This document shows, piece after piece, positions 55,193-64,000 of a DNA stretch of 64,000 nucleotides. The DNA lies in contig NC_042999.1 of NCBI RefSeq assembly GCF_006345805.1, forward strand, positions 174,034,001-174,098,000. Reading direction: 5' to 3'. The stretch is from Octopus sinensis (lineage: Eukaryota). A program made the position numbers and the translations under genes. The number at the start of each line of letters is the position of its first letter. The first letter of the stretch is position 1. Under the pieces are notes generated by a model, which worked only from the letters and a program-made list of their open reading frames with translations, had not been told where the DNA came from and did no database searches.

Positions 55193-56159
55193 AATAGTAT
55201 AAATGTGCGCTTGTGTAATATCTTATGATTATGCGTCACTAACTTTCATGAGTGCGAACACGCACCAATGTGTGAGCGCGCATGATGTTGTGTTTATATC
55301 TCTGTCTTTGTGTGCATCTGTGTGACGCCATGATAACACAGAAATCTGAACTAGTTGTTTAATATATTTTTTATGTAGCTTTGTTAGAGATTTGTCAGCT
55401 TTAGTCCAATTATTACAAGATTAATTTCAAACTCATAATGTCTTCAGATATTTTTGCCTGGATTATCTCAAAGTTTTTCTAAGGTTAAAAGCTTGATTCT
55501 TTTGCACGCGTATATTAATTAAAATAGCCCCGAGACTGAAAGAGAACTGCATATTATCTGTACAGAATTTTTGTTCAGCTAAAATGAACATGCTTTCTAT
55601 ATTCACATTTATCATTTCCACTTAACATGTGTATAAATTATTTTTAACTAGCATGAATTCATAACAGTGACTCAAGAGCCGAGATTTTCTTGCATAGCAC
55701 TTATCAGCGCCATGCACGGAATCTTCGGCCTTTGAGACAGTTTTGAGTTTTCCAACTGAAAATTTTTAAAATGCATATGTATTCAATGATTCATGAAGTT
55801 CTATTTGTCCTGTTCTATCAAGACTATATACGTGTACGTGTGTGCTTGTGTGCGCGCGCGGTCGTCCGTGCGTGCGCACGTGTGTATCGTTTAGCTATTT
55901 AGCGTATATATAGACCGGTAGTGAGAAACGCTAGGGAGAGTTTCAGAGAACCCTTCCCTCATGCAAGTGTTTCGGCCCTTAATCATAAGGTAGCCAGGCC
56001 GCATCCAGGTTATGACACCTGCATACTTCTTTGCTGCTACATGTTGTGCTGCTCTGTTCATTACAATCTTCCTGGGTGGTTACGATGCTCCAGAGCGAAG
56101 GTATGTCGAGTGTCAATTTGAGTTCTGAGACACCAGTTGTATGTTGGATATATTATTAA

Positions 56160-56620
56160 ATTCTTTTCCATTCTCCATTAATTAAATCTAATTGAAAGTC
56201 TCCCCAGCTGCTTCAGCCATTTCATTAAGAACTCTAGTGTTCTTTTCTTCAGAAATTGAGAGGCGCTTCATGAGATCAAATACAGATTCACCCACAAACC
56301 GTCTTCTTCCCATTTCTATGGCCAAGACTTTCGTCTTGAAGCCAAATACCTTCAACCTAATGGCGAAGTCACCATATTTTTCAATCTTGTAGATATGTGC
56401 TTCCGTCATTCCGCTTTCATATGGCACAGTAGGATCGATCAGAATCACTAGTCTTGATGAAAATGAGTAAAGTACTTACAATTTTCTAATTCAAGGTTGA
56501 CACCATGCTTATTTACATCGTTGATATCAAAACGATCTTGTTCTCGTTCTCTATGTAGCGTGAGTTTAGAATGATCTAAATGTTTGACTATGTTGTGTGG
56601 ACGCCCCCAGACGATGAAGT
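56160..56620 (-). pseudogene. HERO-like RLE non-LTR retrotransposon C-terminal fragment
   Basis: ILIDPTVPYESGMTEAHIYKIEKY...AIEMGRRRFVG...EMAEAA matches the (I)ELTVP.E...EAH.RK..KY...VEVG.RGFVG pattern. Confidence 0.7.
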
Positions 56621-56704
56621 AGACTAGCCAAATACTTAGATATAGAGGGAGAAGTCTAGACGTCGAGAGGAGAGTAGCAGAGCCAGGGTAGCAGCCAGAG
56701 GAGA

Positions 56705-56960
56705 GAAGAGTAGCAGTTTGAGAGAGAGAGTACCTGAGAGCAGACGGAGAGAGAGAGTACCTGAGAGCAGACGGAGAGAGAGAGTACCTGAGAGCAGACG
56801 GAGAGAGAGAGTAGTTGAGAGCAGAGTGGAGTTGAGTAGAGGTCATCCGAACGTGCGACATAATAGTGGCGACGAGGTTTCGAATAGTACCGAAATGGGA
56901 GAGTAGACTAGAACAGAGTAGAGTAGCGTTGAGTAGAGGTTACCCGAACGTGCGACATAA
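56705..56960 (+). repeat. 27-bp tandem (gagagagagtacctgagagcagacg..) x3 plus ~35-bp direct repeat gagtagaggt.a.ccgaacgtgcgacataa x2
   Basis: Seen directly. Confidence 0.85.
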
Positions 56961-57399
56961 CAGACTATCTATTTGTATGGACATATCACAGCTTTCACAA
57001 CTGCGCCCCATTCAACACTGTTACAGACATCGTAATTTTGAACTAATCAAGAATTGTAGGGATACACGTGTTCATTATGCACCTCGACGTTCCTGTTTCC
57101 AACTCGCTCGGATATGCTCTTTGTCATCTCTATAAACGCCCACTTTTATTCACATTATACCATTCCTCACTTATCTTTGGACTTTCGCACACAAGTATCA
57201 GTCGCATGCAAACGTGTATATCTCACTGCAAATCCACACTATTTTTATAAGAAGTGTCGAGAACATTCTCGAGCATGGACATTTCAATTTTGTCTTCTTT
57301 AGCAGCATAAAGATACAATCATCGCACATGAGGTAATCTACTGTATGAACTGATCTGGTCTTGTACAACACGCAATTAAAATAATTGTTAAATTTCTGA

Positions 57400-57960
57400 C
57401 CTCACAATTACCGAGTATTTATAACAGTGTTTGCAACTGCCTCCCAAAGACTAGATTCTTTCACAGTAAGAAAATTCTTCGGCCACGGGCACTTACCAAC
57501 TCTATACAAAACTCAAATGGAACGCACAATATAAATTTTTTCTCCCATAGTTGGGACAATACTGCTGCTACAAACGAAAATATCTTCAACATTTAAAAGA
57601 AAGGTCTCCGGTTGAAAACCAAGTACCCACTTGCCATTACACACAAACCCATGGATGCGGTTTCTATTCCCTCTGCCTCTTCGATTATAGCTACAGCGAC
57701 CTCTGTTCCTTGAAACTAGTAGCCTCCATGCCTTCACATGAGACAACATACACATCTGCCTCTTCCTGTCACCTGTGTGGTGTGTCTCACCCTCAGAGAT
57801 CCCTCATTAAACATTAAACATGTTTTCCAATACTTTGTCCCTAAAACGCCAACTTTCTTGAATTTGTTGTCATTGATCTTTTCCCTGTAGACGTCGACTT
57901 GTATACATTTAGGCTGGACACCAACTGCATCAACTTGACCAGCATTCAGGGACCTTCAAC
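57400..57960 (+). pseudogene. CR1-like LINE 3' coding end, decayed
   Basis: LYKTQMER (LYKAQVRP), ENQVPTC..., SLCLFDYSYSDLCS (SLCLFYRYYNGLCS), FVPKT. A weaker relic may lie at ~52900-53170. Confidence 0.6.
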
Positions 57961-58679
57961 ATAACAAACACATTCCATTCGTGCTGACTAACATTATTAA
58001 AAGAATACCTTACTCAAAGAGAATGAAGTCAAATCACTTTAAGCAGGAAGCGAATCTAACTTTACTTTATATCGTTCGCATCACACAAAAAAGATATCAA
58101 TATTAAATTTGCTTCTTGGGTACACAAATGGATTTAGTGGACTAAATCAACACCAGTATATGAATGGGACTAATTGTATCGATCCTGTAAAGATGAAAGA
58201 AAAATATCGACGCCTACGTTGTTTGGTTGTAGGACGTATAGTTAGGAAACTAAATAGTGTAATGTATTTAGTCTGAACCAATATTGTAATCGTAAACCAA
58301 TAAAAATAATTCTGCTGGAAATAGCAGTTCAGAAAATTGTAAATACGAGTGATTGATAAAGTACAAAACAAACGATGATCAACATCAAAAGGATCCTTTC
58401 GTCTATAGCTTGGAGAGACAATAACTGAGATTTCGAATACAAGGGAAATAATCTTTAGGTGCCTCGAATCCTCATTTACTTTTTCATTGATTTCAGTGAC
58501 ACAGAAAATGATTTCGGCCACACTGGAGTACCACTACGTACAGGGTTCAGTTTTTCTTATATCCGTCCCCTAACGTTTCGATCTGGTACTTATTTATCTT
58601 TCTATTCGTCCACTTAATTATGTGACATATAGGGTAACAAGATAATCACAGACACGTATGCATATGTGCGCACGCATAA

Positions 58680-59284
58680 ACATGCATTTCTTCTGTTAAC
58701 TTTTTGATCTTCATCGAAGTTTTTCTCGTTTGAGAAAGACCAAATCAGATCTTCTGCTGTATTTCTTAGTTTCTTTAAGAGCATTTCAGATCCGATGTAG
58801 TGATTTTCTTTTGCTTTTTCTGACAAATTGGCCTTTCCTCAACATATAAGACTTATATCTGATGTCTTCGTGGACAACATTTCAGACTGATCCTTCTGAC
58901 ACATGAAGATCTTTTGCAATTGACTTCATGGACTTTTTTGAATGGTAATTAATGATCAGTTGAACTTGCTGGATAAATTCAGGTGTTCTGATGATTTCAG
59001 AGCGTTTAGAATGCTTTTTATGCTTTGATACTGGTGATACATTTCCATCTTCAGTCTCGAGTTCCTTACACATTTTGTAGGCGAAAGATCTGGCAAATTT
59101 TAAAATTCGAGACATTTCTAAATCACTGTGCTCAGCTTTTATAACCACAATAACAGCATGCTTCTTCATTTCTTGAGTAAGTTGAGGGTCTGCCATTATT
59201 TTCTGAAGCGAAGATTATACAGAGTTAGCAAAAAATGCAGGAATGACCCAAAAAAGTATGCCTTCAAATACCTTACGCACCCTG
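58680..59284 (-). mobile_element. 5' half of a Tc1/mariner transposon (TIR plus transposase N-terminus to the first catalytic D)
   Basis: TA|CAGGGTGCG terminus at 59284; ORF 59196-58882 with HTH KSMKSIAKDLHVSEGS; next frame WSFSNEKNF (FSDE motif) DQKVNRRN. Confidence 0.85.
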
Positions 59285-59343
59285 TATATATATATGAGAG
59301 TGTGTGTGTGTGTGTATACACACACGCACACACACACACACAT

Positions 59344-59382
<39 letters not shown>

Positions 59383-60172
59383 CATGCGCGCGCGCATGTG
59401 TGTGTAAGATTTTGTAAAAATACTTCATAGAGACACAATATCTGAAGAAGGGTTTTCTTAAACGATTTTTTAAGGTCTTAGCTAAACAGAATGACACGAA
59501 ACGTGAGTTTTTGCACCGTTTCCTTCTTTCAAATTCCATTCATATGGTTAATAGTCAATTCGTGGTTATAGGAGTGGGCAATTATCCAATGGGCAGCACA
59601 GTGGGATCGAATTCAGAACCACGTGATCGAAAACTGCACGTGCCAACATCTTAAACACATAACCTTCCATCTGCCTCGATTTATCGCAGCTTACTTTTTG
59701 CTTGATTTAATTTTAAGCCATTTCATTTTTATTTCTTTTTTTGCAAGTAAACAAAGTATTTCATTTCTCATGAAGCAACATCGCCTCATAAAAGTCTATT
59801 ATCAATAATTTAAATGTTTAACGCTAAAAGCTCGTTTAAAGAATAATTTATGAATTTGTGCATTCAACAGTAAGTAATTATAAGTTTATATTTCTATGTG
59901 GTAGTAAGTTTTGAAGTATTAAATGCACATACAGAAATATTTGGAGAACGTTTAATCAAAAGTGTCTCTGAAGCTTTCGAAAGTAAGCGGATTAATAACT
60001 ATTTTATGCCTTTAGCGGCAGTTAAGGTACTCGTTTTCATCAGATGTAAATTGCTCATAACTTTTAGAGAAAACAATTAAAGCATATTTAAGCAATATAC
60101 AAGAACATTATATGTATATTATGTGTCAATATATGTGTGTGCATTACGTACGTAATATAGATTGATAGATAA

Positions 60173-60207
<35 letters not shown>

Positions 60208-60306
60208 ATATATATATATCTATATATATATATATATTATATATATATATATGCAAGTACACATGTATATACATATATATATATTCAGTATATATATGAT
60301 ATATAT

Positions 60307-60380
<74 letters not shown>

Positions 60381-60574
60381 CACATGGATGGATAAATGGA
60401 TAGGCAGCTGATAAATGGATTTCTTATAACAAGCATATCGTACATTATCTTATATTATCATATTTATCCCACTTAAAAGTTGTTATGTTAGCACACAGAA
60501 TACTGCATTTTTTACCATGAGAGAACCTCTGATAAGAACTGGTAGCGCATATAAGTACTTGTGTTTATATCACT

Positions 60575-61180
60575 AACGGAAGACAATCGTCCGCTATCGC
60601 CGCTGGCACTGCCCGGGTCACGCGATTTCAGCCTTTCTTGGCCTTGTCAATGGTATACATCCGTGACTAAAGAGAGCAGCGATACATAGAGATTCTCCAT
60701 GTCTATTCAGGCACTAGTGCCGCAAAAGTTCAGTTTATTTATTAAAAGCTAATTAATAGCGCCAGAAACAATATTAATACCAAAAGGTACTTCCGCCGGA
60801 CGATTATCTCTCGCCAGCGATATACACACAAGTTACTTATATGCACTACAAGTCCATATAAAAGTTTCTCTTTTGGTAAATAACGCAGTATTCAGCGTTC
60901 TAATACAACATCCACATGAAGTGGGGATAAATATTAGCTTTTTGTATAAATACTGCTTCTGTCGCTATTAATTATTATTAATAAGTAAACAAGCTACACC
61001 AGTACTTGAATAGACACCAACATTATATATACGTGTATGTGTGTGTGTGTGTGTGTCACTGAGGAAGCGCTGCTCTCTCTGTTCCCAGACATCTTCTATT
61101 GACAAGGTCAAGTAAGGCCGGAATCACGTGATTTAGCAGTTCCGACGGCGGCAGCTGACGATTATCCCCGATAACTTATT
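60575..61180. repeat. Old imperfect palindrome (two arm blocks, roughly 70-75% identical)
   Basis: 60580-60685 vs 61068-61172 and 60700-60790 vs 60935-61015 are reverse complements. Confidence 0.7.
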
Positions 61181-61249
61181 AATTATTTATTTCATTATAT
61201 CATATCATATTCTAACTCAAGATGTATTTATATATTCTTTTCTACTCTA

Positions 61250-61450
61250 GGTACAAGGCTCGAAATTTTTAGGGAGGGGCCAGTTGATTAGATCGACTCC
61301 AGTACGCAACAGGTACTTAATTTATCGACCCTGAAAAGAAGAAAAGCAAAGTCGAGCTCGACGGAATTTGAACTCAGAACGTAAAGACAGACAAAATACC
61401 GCTAAGCATTTCGCCTGGCGTGCTAACGTTTCTGCCAGCTCGCTGCCTTT
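61250..61450 (-). mobile_element. Family 2 SINE, full length
   Basis: Head aaggcagcgagctggcagaaacgttagcacgcc at 61450; B-box gagttcaaattcc. Confidence 0.85.
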
Positions 61451-61782
61451 AAGAGAAGATAATATTAAATGGCAACGATGTATATGTGTTGTCTGTGACT
61501 GTTGTTGTTTATTGTTGTTGTTGTTGTTGTTCCTGGTAGTCAAGGTAGTTGTAGGTGTGGCGATGACGTTGCTGGACGACAATCATTTGCACTGAAGTAC
61601 ATGCGTGAAATCACATGTCGCTCCCCAAATTTTAGATTACAATAATATATAACTTCCTTCTAAGATTCCTTACAATAATGTATAACTTCTTTCTAAGATA
61701 TTATAAGATATCCTATCGAACATCACCAAAACTAACAATTACGGTTTTCAGTTTATGTACGAGGTGTGTGTGTGTGTGTGTG

Positions 61783-61846
<64 letters not shown>

Positions 61847-62585
61847 AGATCGGTAGCCACTACACACATTTTTTTCTCTCCTTGCTTATCTCCTTGTTTC
61901 TTTCTGTGTTCCTTTCTGTGGAAGAGCGTAGGCTCGAAAGGTAAAAGACTTTTTCAATTACAGAGCGTGACACTAATACATCTGTTTGTTTTCTGCAGTA
62001 CCTGTCTTCGTCTTTTGTTTTTTTCGTGAATTCTCCCTATATATATATACATATACATATATATATACATATACATATACATATATATATATATATATTT
62101 ATATATAGGGGTACGGGCACTTGTATATGATTAAACATCTCTTTCAATTCATCTGTTTGCTGTTTGTTCCTTTTCCTCTGCTCTTTGTCTGTTATCTGCT
62201 CTGCAAATAACTTTTGTCAAAATCTCCTTTTCCATTTCTCTTCCACTCTCTCCACTCTCTCCCCACCTATCTCTCTCTTTGTCTCTCTCGCACTCCAATT
62301 GTCTTACCTATCGTGTCTGCTATTCGCCATCGTCTTCACAATGATATTAACAGAACAACAAAATTTTACTGTTCGCGCTGGTAGATATCATTTCATAATC
62401 ATAACATTTCAATCGACCGAACAATCGTATATCCTTATACATCGCTGATCACAATGCGCTACAATTCTTATATATATATATGTATATAAGTATATGTACA
62501 TATGTAAATATGTATGTATATTTATATATGTATGTATATATATGTATATAATATATATATATATATATATATGTATGAATGTATG

Positions 62586-62621
<36 letters not shown>

Positions 62622-64000
62622 ATTGTGTACGTATGTGTGTGTGTGTATCTATAAATATATATAGTAGACGAGTTCAGCAAAAATTTTAGATTCAGATGAA
62701 TATGGTACTTACGTTGAGGCACCAGTATTTAGTACGGTATTATCCATACAATTTCAAAATAAGGTTATTAAAACCAAAATAAGCAACAAGGATATCCAGA
62801 GGTAATGTACTACGATCGTTTCACGCAACACCATTTAATTGAACATTACAACCATTACATCAATTTAAATGCAAAGCAATTTGATTAATTTATATCCATA
62901 GATATCATTTAATAAGTTAATATTCAGATAAATCATAGGTATAAATATTAAACTGTCTTATATGTAATTTTCTTTTCCTCCCTTTATTGTAGTAAAATTT
63001 GGTATATGAAAGTGAGACCTGTCAAAGGGTGGAAGGGTGGAAGATCTAATGAGGAGTCAACGGCCATCCAACACTATGTGTACATATGTATGTATGCGTG
63101 TATGTATGCACGGGGACGTGGAAATACCTGGGTTGGTGTCCAGGCGTGCGGTTGGCCCACTGGTTGTGAGAGGCCCCTCTGTTGTTGTCACAACATCTCC
63201 CTAGAAGAGGGAAACCACAAGAAGGTATTTCTGGTCATTTGAACGCTTGTCATTGAATGATGAGTAAGGCCTGTTTTCATGGGCTGTTCGGGGACACGCG
63301 TTAGTATCAATACGTCACAGGCTTCTGGTAAGTGGAAAGCAGTTCTATCGCAATGAATGGAACTTGTTTGTCTTACTCTCGTAAGAAATTTCAGTGAAAT
63401 TTAAATTTTAGTCAAAATTTATATATGGTTTAAAATTAGTGAACAGTTCATTCTTGATAAATGCATACACACATGTACATACATACATATATTTCTATAA
63501 GTGTGTGCGTGTTTATGCATGTGTGTACAATTGTTTGTTGCGTACATTAATGTATGTGTGTAAAGTTATCATTATGGTCATGTACAACAACTACTTGAAT
63601 AATTGAGCAACCATACCTATATGTAAATAAACAATTATATTAATTCACATGAAATGCTATATAATGTTCATTTATGCAAAACTATAATTTGTTCCATACC
63701 ATATATGCGTCTAAGTTTGCTTGTGTACGTGCAGATATTTATGCATAAATATGAATATTTTAAAATTTTCATTTATGCAATAAATCTCTCTTTATGCATA
63801 TATATTTGCAATCGTAAACATAATATGCAATATAATGACAATTAGTTGCAGTTCAGGATCATGACCTACAGGATCTTAATGGATATAATGAGCATTCAGG
63901 TATCATTTGACGTTCACATAACAACATGCTTGAAATGAACTTTTCGAAAGGTTATTTCGAAACAATGGACAATAACAGCTTTTCGTGATGCACCCTTTCT

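Noticed and set aside
56705-56960. Short direct repeats as a CRISPR array
   Set aside because: Eukaryotic context, no unique regularly sized spacers and no cas genes.
58147-58521. 124-aa ORF (also 46434-46742, 8143-8463, 38742-39083) as host exons
   Set aside because: No recognisable domain, AT-rich random-like composition and no supporting exon chain.
59435-59515. CTGAAGA...GAAACgtgaGTT
   Set aside because: No convincing stem I or stem II closure.

Overview
AT-rich, microsatellite-saturated eukaryotic DNA in which I recognise no host protein-coding exon. The SINE repertoire and repeat landscape point to an octopod cephalopod (Octopus-like); this is inference. Most long ORFs in the track are microsatellite artefacts. 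Real coding remnants all come from transposons: a Helitron PIF1 helicase, Penelope-like element (PLE) RT and GIY-YIG pieces, a decayed L1/Tx1 ORF2, two Dong/R4 families sitting in (TAA)n, a Gypsy element with LTR and PBS, a HERO RLE fragment, CR1-like fragments, a Tc1/mariner transposase, and Tigger- and Tc1-type MITEs. There are also many tRNA-derived SINEs. The main unexplained signal is a set of ORF-less 460-585 bp units inserted in (TA)n tracts as concatemers and fold-backs. Each carries a type I hammerhead ribozyme motif (CUGANGA...GAAA, palindromic stem III, unusually long 56-64 nt stem II), with stems that covary across five divergent families. Two related units also share a 76-nt intron-like segment and homologous insertion ends. 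Together these suggest a retrozyme/PLE-pLTR-like mobile ribozyme system copied from multimeric or circular RNA. Several further local palindromic duplications are present. Coordinates and mismatch counts were read by eye.
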